From an uncultured Spirochaetota bacterium (lineage in GTDB: Bacteria > Spirochaetota > Spirochaetia > SZUA-6 > Fen-1364): DNA of 64,000 bases. Below the pieces are notes generated by a model. That model was not told where the DNA came from and searched no databases. It worked only from the letters and a program-made list of their open reading frames with translations. The stretch is taken from contig CAWGAA010000001.1 of NCBI GenBank assembly GCA_963820525.1, positions 1,120,001-1,184,000 on the forward strand, in the 5' to 3' direction. The translations under genes and the position numbers were made by a program. Below are positions 18,491-28,951 of this stretch, one piece after another (position 1 is the stretch's first letter; each line of letters starts with the position of its first letter).

Positions 18491-19742
18491 GGCCTGGACT
18501 CGACAGCATCGCGAGCTCGATACCCGGGACTTTTTCAGCCAAGAGCCCAAGGAGCCATTCGCCTTCCTCTACGGCGACGGACCTCTGTCTGACTGGCTCA
18601 TCCTCGGCTGGGACCCGCTCATCATCCTGGACAAGCCGGCACAAGAGCCGCTTGTCCTCGTACGGCACGGTGAAGTACCCGCCATCCGGCCTGATTTCAT
18701 TGGCCTGATAGCTTACGAGTTTGGCCGCGATCTCGAACCATTGCGGCCGCGCCCTCGCCCCGGACCTTTTCCCTTCCCCGATTTCCGTTGTGCGCTGTAC
18801 CGCAACCTCCTGGCCTACCATCGCTCCAGTCACACTCTCTTCTCTGCGAGGCGCGTGGTTGTTGGACTCCCCCAAGACGAGGCAAGGCCGCACTGCCTGC
18901 GCGCCGGGGATTTTTCCGCCCGCAAGGCGTGGGATAGCGACACCCGCTCGAGCTACGCGGCCAAGGTGGAAAAAGCCCGTGAGGAAATCGGCCGTGGCAA
19001 CGTCTACCAGGTCAACGTGACCCGCCAGGAGAGGTGGGAGACGCGCGGCAGTTATGCGCAGCTCGCCCAACGACTCTGGGCGGCCAATCCCGCGCCCTAC
19101 TCCGCCCTGATTGCAGACGCAGACCTGGTGGTCATCTCTTCGTCCCCCGAGTGCTTCCTGCGTCTCCGGGAAGGTCGCCTCTGTTCCCGGCCCATCAAGG
19201 GCACCGCGCCCCGCTCGGCCGCCGCGGCAGATGACGAACGTCTGGCCAAGGAGCTTGTCGCCAGCCCGAAGAACCGTGCCGAGCTCGCGATGATCGTAGA
19301 TCTGGTGCGCAATGATCTTGCCCGCATCTGCCGCGTGCCATCGGTAGTCGTCGACCGTTTCCCCGAGCTGGAGAGCTATGCAAACGTCCACCATCTCGTT
19401 GCAACCATCTCCGGCACGCTGCCCGCCGGCACGCCCTTGGACAGCGTACTGGCCGCCCTGTTCCCCGCCGGCTCCGTCACCGGCTGTCCCAAGCTCGCCG
19501 CCATGCAGCTCATCCACGAGCTGGAAGAGATGCCACGCGGGGCGTACACCGGCGCTATCGGCTGGTTCGCCCACGACTGCAGCCAATTGGAGCTGTCAGT
19601 AGCTATCCGAACGGCCTTTGGCGCAGGCGACAGCTTGATCTTTGGCGTCGGCAGCGGCATCGTGTGGGACTCTGACCCCATCAGCGAATACGAAGAGACT
19701 GTGCACAAGGGGAGGTCGATCGTCCAATGCTTGATCTGGTGA
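18468..19742 (+). CDS. pabB: Aminodeoxychorismate synthase component I
   Basis: SSPECFL, PIKGT, MIVDLVRNDL, SVTGCPK, GSGIVWDS; lies between pabA and pabC. Confidence 0.88.
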   Translation: MSSIEISEAWTRQHRELDTRDFFSQEPKEPFAFLYGDGPLSDWLILGWDPLIILDKPAQEPLVLVRHGEVPAIRPDFIGLIAYEFGRDLEPLRPRPRPGPFPFPDFRCALYRNLLAYHRSSHTLFSARRVVVGLPQDEARPHCLRAGDFSARKAWDSDTRSSYAAKVEKAREEIGRGNVYQVNVTRQERWETRGSYAQLAQRLWAANPAPYSALIADADLVVISSSPECFLRLREGRLCSRPIKGTAPRSAAAADDERLAKELVASPKNRAELAMIVDLVRNDLARICRVPSVVVDRFPELESYANVHHLVATISGTLPAGTPLDSVLAALFPAGSVTGCPKLAAMQLIHELEEMPRGAYTGAIGWFAHDCSQLELSVAIRTAFGAGDSLIFGVGSGIVWDSDPISEYEETVHKGRSIVQCLIW

Positions 19743-20494
19743 CCGATACAAACGTAGACCTCGCTCGCTCGGGCGCTCGGCACGGCATGGGCGCCTTTGA
19801 AACCATCCGCGCCGAAGGCGCTCGTGCTCTGCTTCTGCGCCGGCACCTGGCTCGCTTGGCCCGCGCCACGAAGTTCCTTGGCCTCCCGCCTCCGCCGCCA
19901 CCCGAGGATGTACAGGCGTTTGTCGCGAAACGCAAGCTGCTGCCGGGCAGCGGCCTGTCGCAGTTGCGTCTGGTCGCGGTCGACGAGCGGCTCATCGTCT
20001 CCACCACGCCCTGGGGTGGTGCGCCGCCCGATCCCGCCCGGCTCGTGATCTCGCCTTCGATCACGCGCTTTGCCGGTAACCCCCTGGCCCGCCACAAGAC
20101 GCTCGCCTATGCCGAGAACATCCTGCTGGCACGCGAAGCCGCCTCACACGGCTGCTTTGACGCCGTGGCCTGCAACGAGCGCGGCAACCTCACTGACGGC
20201 GGACGCTGCAACGTGTTTGCCGTCATCGCCGGCCGGGTAGTAACGCCGCCCGTGGCCGACGGCTGCCTTCCGGGCATCATCCGCGAGCTGCTCATTGAGG
20301 CGAGACTCGCCGTGGAGCAGTCGCTTACCCAATCAGAGCTGGCCGCCGCCGATGCGTGCTTTCTCACCAGCTCACTCGTTGAGGTGCTGCCGATGGCTTC
20401 CATCGTCGGCCAACCGCCGCGCTGGAGATTGGACCATCCAGCCATTACCCTCGCCCTGGAAACGGTGCGCGCTGCGGCGGCACGCGAACTCTGA
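19727..20494 (+). CDS. pabC: Aminodeoxychorismate lyase (PLP aminotransferase class IV)
   Basis: GxFETIR, HLARL, HKT, GCLPGIIR motifs. Confidence 0.8.
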   Translation: MLDLVTDTNVDLARSGARHGMGAFETIRAEGARALLLRRHLARLARATKFLGLPPPPPPEDVQAFVAKRKLLPGSGLSQLRLVAVDERLIVSTTPWGGAPPDPARLVISPSITRFAGNPLARHKTLAYAENILLAREAASHGCFDAVACNERGNLTDGGRCNVFAVIAGRVVTPPVADGCLPGIIRELLIEARLAVEQSLTQSELAAADACFLTSSLVEVLPMASIVGQPPRWRLDHPAITLALETVRAAAAREL

Positions 20495-20564
20495 GCCTGG
20501 TACCGCGGGACGCGCCGCTGGATCGTTGAATGACCTGGATGCGCGCCGCATTCAGTAGCCTCCT

Positions 20565-21040
20565 TCACCCAGAGCTCATCACGCTTTTGGCCCACGCCAC
20601 CACGTTTTCCGGCCGGATCGTGTCGTAGTCTTCTTTGCCCATGCGCCTTAGGATATGGCGCATGAGGGGTGACTCTTTCGCCATGACCAGCCTGCCGCCC
20701 AAATTATGGGCAGCGCAGGATGCGGCCAGCAGCTCGGCCGGATAGCTCGCCGTGTAGAGCGCCTGACCTCGGATTCGTTTTTGCTCCCCGAACAGACGAA
20801 CAGATGGACCTCTTTGCGGATCAGCTCGGACAGGTGCTTGCGGACAAACCGCATCACCCTCTTGTTCAGCCGGGAGGCAAAAGCGTTCGCCCCGATGACA
20901 ACCCGGTCATACGCGGCCAGGTCGGGAATCTTCCGTGAAACATCCGCGAGAGCCGCGGCATCTCCCAGGGTCTGCTGGATGAGCTCGGCACAGGCGCGCG
21001 TGGAGCCCCGGCGCGAACCATAGACGATCAGAGTGCTCAT
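20565..21040 (-). pseudogene. Flavodoxin-domain (HemG-like) protein, frameshifted near 20763
   Basis: TLIVYGSRRGST N-terminus; second frame continues ALYTASYPAELL..LGGRL..EDYDTIRPENVVAWAK to TGA at 20565. Confidence 0.75.
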
Positions 21041-21113
21041 TCAATCCTCCAAAAGTTGAAATGTCACATGATTAGAGGAGGACGAAAGGCGAAAAGATAC
21101 GCGCCTGACCCCT

Positions 21114-21490
21114 TCAGAAAGCGTTTATTCTCTGTTTCAGCGACTGCGGAATCTTCCACTCCAGGGCGGGGAACCGGCCGTAAAGCTCGTCCAGGTTACC
21201 CGCCGATTTCAAGGCTGCGGCTACCTCGCCGGCGAAGCTGCTGTCGCCATGGATCTCTTTGAGAGGATCTCCCCTATCTCCGCGAAGCTCAGGCCGAAGT
21301 GGCTGCGCAAGAGAAAGACGATGCGCTGTTGGGCCGTCAGAAGACCGAGGATGAAAAAATGGCATTCCCGGCGCACCTGCGCCACAAGTTCTTGGTAGAA
21401 AAGCGCCTTTTCCGGATCTGTCCGCCAGACGTCCAGTTCGCTGCCGGATGCGGGATTCTCTTGGCCATGGGAAGCGATCCAGTCTCGAGC
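21114..21490 (-). pseudogene. ECF sigma factor remnant (region 4 and C-terminal tail)
   Basis: DPEKALFYQELVAQVRRECHFFILGLLTAQQRIVFLLRSHFGLSFAEIGEIL; N-terminus missing, frame broken after the first HTH helix. Confidence 0.65.
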
Positions 21491-21610
21491 GGGCGCCGCC
21501 GATCACCAATGCTGACGGCCAGCAACTGAAAGCAGCCAATTCAGGCACCGCCGATCGCCGCGTTCTATAGCCGCGACGTGAGCGGCCTGCGCGCGTGTTC
21601 ACGCGCCCGA

Positions 21611-22066
21611 TTACAGCTCCGCCTCCACGAGCTTTCGGTCCACCGCGACCCTGAAGGGGACGGCGAGCACGAACAACAGGATGAGCGCGTAGAACACGCT
21701 GATCAAAAGCATCGCGAATCCCGTGGCGATTTTCGTGTCGGAGCGCATCATCCACAGCAGGGACATCACGCCGAGCAGAGCCCCGAGGAATCCGGAAAGA
21801 AGGATGTAACGCTCTAGGGCGCGGAAGAAGACCGCCGCCGTCTTCAGCTCCGACGTCTCCACCTGACCGCGGCTGAACGCGGCGCGGAAGCTCCTCCCCA
21901 TGTCCCGCGGAGAGAACGTGGCGAAACACAGCGCCAGGACGGGTACGATCACCACGATGAGGCTCGGCACGTCCAGGAAGTATGCGATGCTCGTCACGTT
22001 CCACACGATGGCAGCCGCGATGAGCCCGATGACGAGTATCACGGCAATGAAGTAGAACCTGTTCAT
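21611..22066 (-). CDS. Short MotA/TolQ/ExbB-like membrane protein
   Basis: FLDVPSLIVVI (MotA TM1-2 like), GFLGALLGV..., A..L.SVFYAL; lacks the large cytoplasmic loop. Confidence 0.7.
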   Translation of the reverse strand: MNRFYFIAVILVIGLIAAAIVWNVTSIAYFLDVPSLIVVIVPVLALCFATFSPRDMGRSFRAAFSRGQVETSELKTAAVFFRALERYILLSGFLGALLGVMSLLWMMRSDTKIATGFAMLLISVFYALILLFVLAVPFRVAVDRKLVEAEL

Positions 22067-22410
22067 AAGATCTTTCTCCTTTCGAACGAGCTCTTGATGA
22101 TGTCCCTCATGCGTTCTGCGCTCGGCAGGTAGCGTTGATACGCCTTTTCACTCCATATGGAGGCAACGGCTTCCCGAAGCGGCGTCGTCTGTCTTGACGC
22201 CGCCGGCAGGATCGCGAGGAGGCCCGCGATGACGACGGCGGCCGCGGCGCGCACCAGCAGATCGAGCGCGAATGGATGCGCACTGCGGCGGTGCCAGGAG
22301 GCCGTGAGCTCGGGGTCAGGCTCGGGCACGGCGACGCGGTCCATCTCATTCTCGAAATATTGAAACAGCAAGCCCTCTACAAACCTGTCTCTCCTCTTCC
22401 CACTATGCAT
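22063..22410 (-). CDS. Putative single-pass anti-sigma factor
   Basis: Overlaps the ECF stop; short soluble N-terminus plus one TM helix. Confidence 0.55.
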   Translation of the reverse strand: MHSGKRRDRFVEGLLFQYFENEMDRVAVPEPDPELTASWHRRSAHPFALDLLVRAAAAVVIAGLLAILPAASRQTTPLREAVASIWSEKAYQRYLPSAERMRDIIKSSFERRKIL

Positions 22411-22975
22411 CGTCGCCCTCCAGGTGCGCGCGCATCTTCTCACGGAGCTTGTGCACGCGAAACTTGACCGTTCCGACCGGAATGCCCATGACCCTTGAGA
22501 TCTCGCGGTAGCCAAGCCCCTGATGGAACCGCAGGAAAGCGAGCTGCTTCGTATCCGGATCCACGGCTTCCATGAAGGAAGCCATGCGAGCTTCGTCGTT
22601 CTTGCCGAGAAGAACGTGTTCAGGCGTTATCTCATGGACGGGCTGCGACAGGTCGGGAAGGTCCGAGAGGGAGCTCACGTGCGGCTCCGCACGGCGGCGC
22701 CGGAGACGGTCGAGGCAGCGGTTGCGCGCGATCGCGAAAGCCCATGTCGAGAAGCTGTAAACGGGGTTGTATGAGTCGATGCCTTTGAAGAGCTTTTCCA
22801 TGATCTCCTGCACCAGATCCTCGGCCTCGGCTTCCATGCGGCAGTCGAACGCTCTGACAAAGGCGATGAGCCGCGGATATAAATCCCGCCATACCCTACG
22901 GAGGCACTCCTCTCGTGCCCTTTGGTTCGACGAAAGTGCGCGCACTATCGCAAGGCCGGCGAGCGGTTTCTCCAT
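22403..22975 (-). CDS. ECF sigma-70 factor
   Basis: EAEDLVQEI, FSTWAFAIARNRCLD, YREISRVMGIPVGTVKFRVH. Confidence 0.92.
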   Translation of the reverse strand: MEKPLAGLAIVRALSSNQRAREECLRRVWRDLYPRLIAFVRAFDCRMEAEAEDLVQEIMEKLFKGIDSYNPVYSFSTWAFAIARNRCLDRLRRRRAEPHVSSLSDLPDLSQPVHEITPEHVLLGKNDEARMASFMEAVDPDTKQLAFLRFHQGLGYREISRVMGIPVGTVKFRVHKLREKMRAHLEGDDA

Positions 22976-22990
22976 ACCCTTACCATTGTA

Positions 22991-23016
22991 TACGCGGATA
23001 GGGGACGATGGTTGGC
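22991..23016 (-). promoter_or_regulatory. Candidate autoregulatory ECF promoter
   Basis: GCCAAC-N16-CGTA (AAC/CGT type) just upstream of the ECF start. Confidence 0.45.
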
Positions 23017-23479
23017 GAATTTTCCCGGAGCCTGGCGAAGGATGGGACGGCGCAGGATCAGCTGGGGCGCAATAACAGGCCGCCGCACGGTGGCCAGGCG
23101 AGGGGGCGCGGTGACATGCCGCCGCGCCGTCTTCATCTGCCAGGCCGCGCCTTCCTGGCCGGGGCTGCATCCGATGACTAAAGGCGAATTGCTGCCGTGA
23201 AACCCTCGAGCGCGACTCCTAAGGACGCCGCGTCGGGAATGGATTGCGCTCGGAAAAGCCGCTCTGATGCCAGTAGGAGTAGATCATCTGCCGCTCGCTT
23301 GATCGGCCGAGCAGTCGATATTCCATGTCTTCTAAAATACCGAGAGGGCGTCCGAACGGACAATGGGAGAGGTGGCCCATAGCGGCACGGCATGCAAACC
23401 GCGGATATCAGGGCAATACCCAATGTACCACGTGCCTCCCTTGCTGGTCCTTCATGCGCTCGAGGGCTATACTGTGGTC

Positions 23480-24409
23480 ATGAAACGGAAAGCCTTTGCT
23501 GCCCTCATGATCGTTGTATCCGCTTCTCTTTGGGCTTTTTCTCTGCCGCAGCCCACCGCGGAGATCAAGCGCTTCCAGGTCGACGCCATCACCCTGCGCG
23601 ATGTGACCTTCCTCTTCGAGCTCGCGGTGAAGAATCCCTATCCGGTGAGTCTCGCCTTCAATGGGATGACCCTCGCCTTCACCGTGGAAGGCGCCAAAGT
23701 CTTCACCGCCGCCAGCAAGGGGGGCTTCACGGTCACCCTTGCGTATGACGCCATCATCAAGCTGGTCAAGGACTACGTCTCCAAGGAATGGCTCAACACG
23801 GTGATCGACGGAACTCTCGTGATACCCCTCCCGCGGCTTCCAGGCGTGCCCAAGGATGTATCATTCTCGTACAAGCTGGAAAAGAAGATACCGGCCATCA
23901 AACCTCAGCTAGCAGTACTGGACTTCAAGGTGACACCCCCCTCCGCGAACCAGGTGGCTGAGGCCATCGCCAAGGCGGGAAAAAAGACCGATCCTGGAAA
24001 GGCCCTGGGCGTTTTCAAGGACATCCTGGCAGGAAAGACCCCTGCCGTGCCGGTGATCGATCCCGCGGACCTCGATGTGCCCCTCACCGTGAGCTTCACC
24101 CTGGAGATCAAAAACCAGGCCAACGGGCCTCTGTCCTTCAACAAGCTCGACTACGAGCTGTTCGTGAACAAGAAGAGCCTGGTCACGGGCGCGACATCGA
24201 GCATCGTCAGGAAGGCGGGCGCAAGTCTGGTGACCGTAACGAATGACTTCAGCTCCGCGAAGCTGTCGAAGAGCGTGAAGGAGCTGTTCTCCAGAAGGAC
24301 GGGGAATTTCACCGTCAAGGGCAGTGCCTCGATCAAGCTTCCCGATGAAATCCGAAAAGAGCCGATCCCGCTCACCTTCGACGAGTCGGGCAGCTTCTCC
24401 TTGAAGTAG
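23480..24409 (+). CDS. Secreted LEA type 2 (WHy) two-domain protein
   Basis: Signal peptide; LAVKNPYPVSL and LEIKNQANGPLSFNKLDYELFVN repeats. Confidence 0.75.
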   Translation: MKRKAFAALMIVVSASLWAFSLPQPTAEIKRFQVDAITLRDVTFLFELAVKNPYPVSLAFNGMTLAFTVEGAKVFTAASKGGFTVTLAYDAIIKLVKDYVSKEWLNTVIDGTLVIPLPRLPGVPKDVSFSYKLEKKIPAIKPQLAVLDFKVTPPSANQVAEAIAKAGKKTDPGKALGVFKDILAGKTPAVPVIDPADLDVPLTVSFTLEIKNQANGPLSFNKLDYELFVNKKSLVTGATSSIVRKAGASLVTVTNDFSSAKLSKSVKELFSRRTGNFTVKGSASIKLPDEIRKEPIPLTFDESGSFSLK

Positions 24410-24459
24410 GGCTGCTGCGCGCTCAGTCAGGATTTCGCGCGCTCGCTGGGCGCCGCTCA

Positions 24460-25905
24460 CTACCGCGCTTCGTGCGCTTTCCCGCTCCCCTTCATCGGTA
24501 TCTCGAAGTATTGCACGGCGTTGTTCCAGCAGATGTCACGCACAATTCCCCCCAGAAGGTCGTAATCTTCGGGGGCTTCGCCGCGCTCCACGGCGCCCCC
24601 CAGCATGTCGCAGAGGATACGGCGGAAGCATTCGTGGCGGGGATACGAGAGGAAGCTGCGGGAGTCAGTGACCATGCCCACGAAACGCGCAAGCAGTCCC
24701 ATGTCAGCAAGCACCTTCATCTGCTCTTCCATTCCATGGGGCTGGTCGTTGAACCACCATGCCGATCCGAACTGCATCTTTGCACGCACGCTTTCCTGGG
24801 GATAATTGCCCGTCATGCAGGCAAGCACCGCATTGTCTGCCGGGTTCAGGCAGTAGAGGATGGTCTTTGGAAGAATGCCTTCGGCATCCAGCCTGTCCAT
24901 CAAGCGGGCAAGGCTGCGGGCAAAGGGAGCGTCCCCGATGGTGTCGAAACCGGAGTCCGGCCCCAGGGCCTTGCTGAAACGGGTATTGATGTTGCGCAGG
25001 GCCCCGATGTGAAGCTGCTGGACCCACTTTTTCTCCGCGTCCATGCGGGCAAGCTCCACCAGGATGGCGGACTTGAAGACGAGCACCTCTGACGGTGAGG
25101 GGGCGCGCCCGGCGCGCGCGGCAAGAAAGATAGCGCGGGCTTCCGCCTCCGTGAAATCTTCGGCGTATGGCACCTCGATTCCGTGATCCGAGATCCTGCA
25201 GCCGCTTTGGTGAAAGTAGTCGTGGCGCCTGCGCAGGGCGTCGATCAGGCGCTGCCAGTCCGGGATCTCTATGCCGGCGGACACCGCCAGCCTGTCCACC
25301 CAGGAGTTGAAGGCGGCGGGATCCTCCACCGCCATGGCGCGGTCCGGCCTGAAGGCGGGCACTACCGTAACGCCGAAGGATTCATCCCCGCGCAAACGGG
25401 CATGGTGTTCCAGGGAGTCCACGGGGTCATCCGTTGTGCACACCACGCGCACACCCATGCGCTCGAGCAGGCCGCGCACCCGGAAATCTTCGCGGCTCAG
25501 CAGGGCCGAGCAGTCGTCATAGATCTCCCGCGCGGTGCGCGGGCCAAGGAGCTTTCCAGAAACGCCGAAGTAGCGCTTGAGCTCCAGGTGGGTCCAGAGG
25601 TAGAGCGGGTTACCAACCGTGGAGGGTACAACCTCGGCCCAGGCCAGGAACTTCTCCTGATCCGAAGCGTCTCCCGTTATCAGGCGCTCCGGCACGCCGC
25701 AGGTCCGCATGGCGCGCCACTTGTAGTGGTCTCCGCCCAGCCACGCCTCGGTAATGCTTCCAAATCTCCGGTTCTCCGCGATGTCCTTCGGCGGCAGGTG
25801 GCAGTGAAAATCGAAGATCGGCATTTGCCGGGCATGCTCGTGGTACAGCCTTTTCGCCGCGCGGCTGCCAAGGAGGAAGCCCTCATCAAGGAATCGCCCC
25901 CCCAT
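24460..25905 (-). CDS. uxaC: Glucuronate (uronate) isomerase
   Basis: DFHCHL, GDHYKWRAMR, GSAWWFND, TDSRSFLSYPRHE. Confidence 0.96.
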   Translation of the reverse strand: MGGRFLDEGFLLGSRAAKRLYHEHARQMPIFDFHCHLPPKDIAENRRFGSITEAWLGGDHYKWRAMRTCGVPERLITGDASDQEKFLAWAEVVPSTVGNPLYLWTHLELKRYFGVSGKLLGPRTAREIYDDCSALLSREDFRVRGLLERMGVRVVCTTDDPVDSLEHHARLRGDESFGVTVVPAFRPDRAMAVEDPAAFNSWVDRLAVSAGIEIPDWQRLIDALRRRHDYFHQSGCRISDHGIEVPYAEDFTEAEARAIFLAARAGRAPSPSEVLVFKSAILVELARMDAEKKWVQQLHIGALRNINTRFSKALGPDSGFDTIGDAPFARSLARLMDRLDAEGILPKTILYCLNPADNAVLACMTGNYPQESVRAKMQFGSAWWFNDQPHGMEEQMKVLADMGLLARFVGMVTDSRSFLSYPRHECFRRILCDMLGGAVERGEAPEDYDLLGGIVRDICWNNAVQYFEIPMKGSGKAHEAR

Positions 25906-25923
25906 TGCGCACCTCCCCTGTGT

Positions 25924-26994
25924 CTACTCTATCATTTGCAGCGCCGCGCGCATGTACCCGATGGCATACGCCATGCCCGCGTGCCATGGCGCCGAGCACT
26001 CAAGGAGCGGCGTATGGTCCGGGATGAGAACCCCGGCGTATTGGTTCTTTTTCAAGATGCGGAGGATTCGCGGCACGTCGATGTCGCCCTCGTCTATGAA
26101 GACCTCGTGATATCGGGGAATCTTTCCGCGTACATTGCGCAGGTGGACGTATGCCAGCTTTCCCTGCGCGCTATAGAGATCCGTCGCCTCGTAGACGTCT
26201 CCCTCCGTCATCTCGGCGATGGTGCCTATGCAGAACTCGAGCGCATTGGAGCGGCTGAGCTTGAGGTCCAGAAGCCGCTGGTAGAGATGGGACTGGTAGA
26301 CGAGACGCGGCGTGCCGCGCACAACGGCGGCGGGAGGATCGTCGGGATGCGCCGCAAGGATGACGCCCGCCTCTTCGGCAACCGGCACAAGCTCATCAAG
26401 GAACCGCGCAAGCCGTCTCCACAGCTCTTCATGGGTGATGGGAGCGTGCGTTCCCGGAGGCGCATGCCGGTCATAGATCATGTTCCAGACCATGCCCTGG
26501 GGGATGGGCGTTTGGTCCACGCCCTCCACGCCCACTGACTCCGCCGCGCCGCGAGCGAAGGGGCCCGTCACTCTCCCGGCCACCCCCGCAATGCTGAAGT
26601 TGTACCCCATGACGGGAATCCCCGCCGCGCCCACGCTTCTTACCAGGCGCTTCAAGCCCCCCATCTGCGCCTCACGCTTTGGCCCATCCAGGAGCACGTC
26701 ATACCAGAAGGCCGGATCGAAGTTCTCGATAGCCTCGAGCGTAAGTCCCTCCGCCTCGATCTCCTTGCGAACGGCCAGAAGCTCTTCCGTGGTCCACAGC
26801 GCGTCAGGATCTCCGGCCACTCCCCAGCCTCCGCTCCAACTGCCCACCGGCTGGTTGTCCGTGGCCGCCGGGCCATCCGGCTTTCTGAAATAATCCACGA
26901 GGTGGATCACGACGTGCGTGCAGCCGATCTGCCTCGCGAATCTGTAGTTTTCCGGGGTGAGCATGTGCCTGTAGAGGCCGATTCCCAGCTTCAT
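25924..26994 (-). CDS. uxuA: Mannonate dehydratase (UxuA family)
   Basis: YNFS, AHPDDPP, FCIGT, VHLRNV, PDHTP, GMAYAIGY. Confidence 0.9.
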   Translation of the reverse strand: MKLGIGLYRHMLTPENYRFARQIGCTHVVIHLVDYFRKPDGPAATDNQPVGSWSGGWGVAGDPDALWTTEELLAVRKEIEAEGLTLEAIENFDPAFWYDVLLDGPKREAQMGGLKRLVRSVGAAGIPVMGYNFSIAGVAGRVTGPFARGAAESVGVEGVDQTPIPQGMVWNMIYDRHAPPGTHAPITHEELWRRLARFLDELVPVAEEAGVILAAHPDDPPAAVVRGTPRLVYQSHLYQRLLDLKLSRSNALEFCIGTIAEMTEGDVYEATDLYSAQGKLAYVHLRNVRGKIPRYHEVFIDEGDIDVPRILRILKKNQYAGVLIPDHTPLLECSAPWHAGMAYAIGYMRAALQMIE

Positions 26995-26996
26995 AT

Positions 26997-27812
26997 TCAA
27001 ACGCAGTCCACAAGGAAGCCGCCGTCCACCGGAATGCAGATTCCGGTGACAAAGCCCGAGGCCATGTTGTTGGCCAGGAACAGGACGGCGCCCGCAAGGT
27101 CTTCCGGGCTGCCGAACTTGCCGCACGGCGTTCTGGCAATGATGTCACGCCCGCGCTGCGTGAGCTCTCCTGACTTTTCATCCACGAGCAGCGCCCTGTT
27201 CTGCTTGCCCAGGAAGAAGCCCGGCGCGATGGCGTTGACGCGGATGCCGTACGGGGCGAACTCCTTTGCGGCGGCCATGGTGAGGTTCAGCACTCCCGCC
27301 TTGGCGGCATCGTACGCCCACACCCCGGAGAGGGGCACGTAGGATGACATCGATGCCATGTTGATGACGGATCCTTTCGCCTTCCTGTCAATCCAGGAGC
27401 GGCAGACCGCCTTGGTGGGCACCATGAGCCCCGCGATGAGGTTGAACTTCAGCACCTCCTCGAACTTTGCGATATCGGTATCCAGGAACGAGGTCTTTCC
27501 CCGGTTTCCTCCCACCGCGTTGACAAGGACGTCAATGCCGCCGAACGCGTGTTCGGTTGTACGCACGGCTTCCGCTACGGAGGCTTCGCTTCCCGCGTCC
27601 GCCACAACCCATGCAACGCGGTCTTTCGCATCCGCGGCTGAGCTCAAGCGCCGCGCCGCCTCCTGAAGCGAATCCTCATGCGGGCCCCAAAGAGACACCT
27701 TGGCGCCAGCGCCAAGAAGGGCTTCCGCCATGGCGCCGGCCAGGACCCCGCCCCCTCCCGCAATAGCGACGGTCCGCCCTTCAAGCCCGAACATCCGCTC
27801 GAGATATCCCAT
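26997..27812 (-). CDS. uxuB: SDR oxidoreductase, probable D-mannonate oxidoreductase
   Basis: GGGGVL, NAVGGN, YDAAK, APGFFLGKQNR; sits between uxuA and kdgK. Confidence 0.8.
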   Translation of the reverse strand: MGYLERMFGLEGRTVAIAGGGGVLAGAMAEALLGAGAKVSLWGPHEDSLQEAARRLSSAADAKDRVAWVVADAGSEASVAEAVRTTEHAFGGIDVLVNAVGGNRGKTSFLDTDIAKFEEVLKFNLIAGLMVPTKAVCRSWIDRKAKGSVINMASMSSYVPLSGVWAYDAAKAGVLNLTMAAAKEFAPYGIRVNAIAPGFFLGKQNRALLVDEKSGELTQRGRDIIARTPCGKFGSPEDLAGAVLFLANNMASGFVTGICIPVDGGFLVDCV

Positions 27813-27852
27813 GCCTATCCCCCGTTGCGGGCAGCTTACCCGCTGGATCCCG

Positions 27853-28947
27853 TTATCTCTGCACCCGGGCTCCCCGCCCCTGCGCCATGGCCACTACCTG
27901 GTCCAGGCGGGCCATAGTGATGTCCCCTGGATACGTGGTTAAAAGCGCTCCGTGCGCCCATCCCAGCCTGAGGGCGAGCTCGGGCGGCTGGTCCGTGAGC
28001 AGGCCGTAGATGAGGCCCGAGGCGAACCCGTCTCCACTGCCAATGCGGTCAAACACGTCAAGCGCGCACTCATCGCTCTCGTAAAAGCGGCCGTCGTACC
28101 AGAGAACCGCCTTCCACAGGTGGCGGGAGGCCGAGAGCACCGCGCGCAGCGTCGTTGCCACCGCCTTGATGGCGGGAAAATCGGCCCTCACCTTTTCCAT
28201 CATCTCCCGGAAGGCGCGCGTGTCCAGCGTGGATTGCCGGGATGAGACGTCGGGCCCCGGGATGCCCAGCCCCAGCTGCATGTCTTCCTCGTTTCCAATG
28301 AGGACGTCCACTCGGGAGACGATCCTTCGATTCACCTCGACAGCCAGGGCGGCTCCCCCGCCGGATGCCTCCCAGAGCTTCTTTCTATAGTTCAAATCGA
28401 AGGAGGTGACGGTTCCGGCATGCCGGGCGGCATCCATTCCCTGCTCTATCAAGGCCGAGCTTCCGGGGGAAAGCGAAGCGAAGATCCCTCCGGAGTGGAA
28501 CCAGCGCACGCCGCGGGACTGCAAGATGTCTTTCCAATCGAAGTCTCCCGGCGCGAGCAGGGCTCCTGCTTCGTTGGCACGGTCGTACCAGACCTCGGGC
28601 GCGCGCACGCCAATGCCGCGATCCGAATAGGTATTCCCGATGCGGGGCCCCTTGACCCCGTCGTAGTCGAACCATTTATAGAAGGCATCCACACCGGCTC
28701 TGCGCACCTCGGATTCCACCCACCACCCGGGGGGGTAGCGAACGTTCGCCGTCGCAATCGCGGTCCGCAGGCGAAAGCACTTGGCCAGGTTGGCCGCCGG
28801 GTTGTACTCAGCCCCCGAGCAGTGCCGCTCGAAGTGATGCGCCTCGTGCAGGGGGACCAGTCCCGGATCGAAGCGCTGCACCAGCGCTCCAAGGGCCAGG
28901 AAATCGAAAGCACATTCACCGGCATCTCGAATTTCAAGCTTCCCCAT
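27853..28947 (-). CDS. kdgK: 2-keto-3-deoxygluconate kinase (PfkB)
   Basis: SFDLNYR, GNEED, DRIGSGDGFASG; operon context. Confidence 0.85.
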   Translation of the reverse strand: MGKLEIRDAGECAFDFLALGALVQRFDPGLVPLHEAHHFERHCSGAEYNPAANLAKCFRLRTAIATANVRYPPGWWVESEVRRAGVDAFYKWFDYDGVKGPRIGNTYSDRGIGVRAPEVWYDRANEAGALLAPGDFDWKDILQSRGVRWFHSGGIFASLSPGSSALIEQGMDAARHAGTVTSFDLNYRKKLWEASGGGAALAVEVNRRIVSRVDVLIGNEEDMQLGLGIPGPDVSSRQSTLDTRAFREMMEKVRADFPAIKAVATTLRAVLSASRHLWKAVLWYDGRFYESDECALDVFDRIGSGDGFASGLIYGLLTDQPPELALRLGWAHGALLTTYPGDITMARLDQVVAMAQGRGARVQR

Positions 28948-28951
28948 TCCG

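Noticed and set aside
23030..23430. Small ORFs between the ECF sigma and the LEA gene
   Set aside because: No recognisable motif or RBS; possibly another remnant but unsupported
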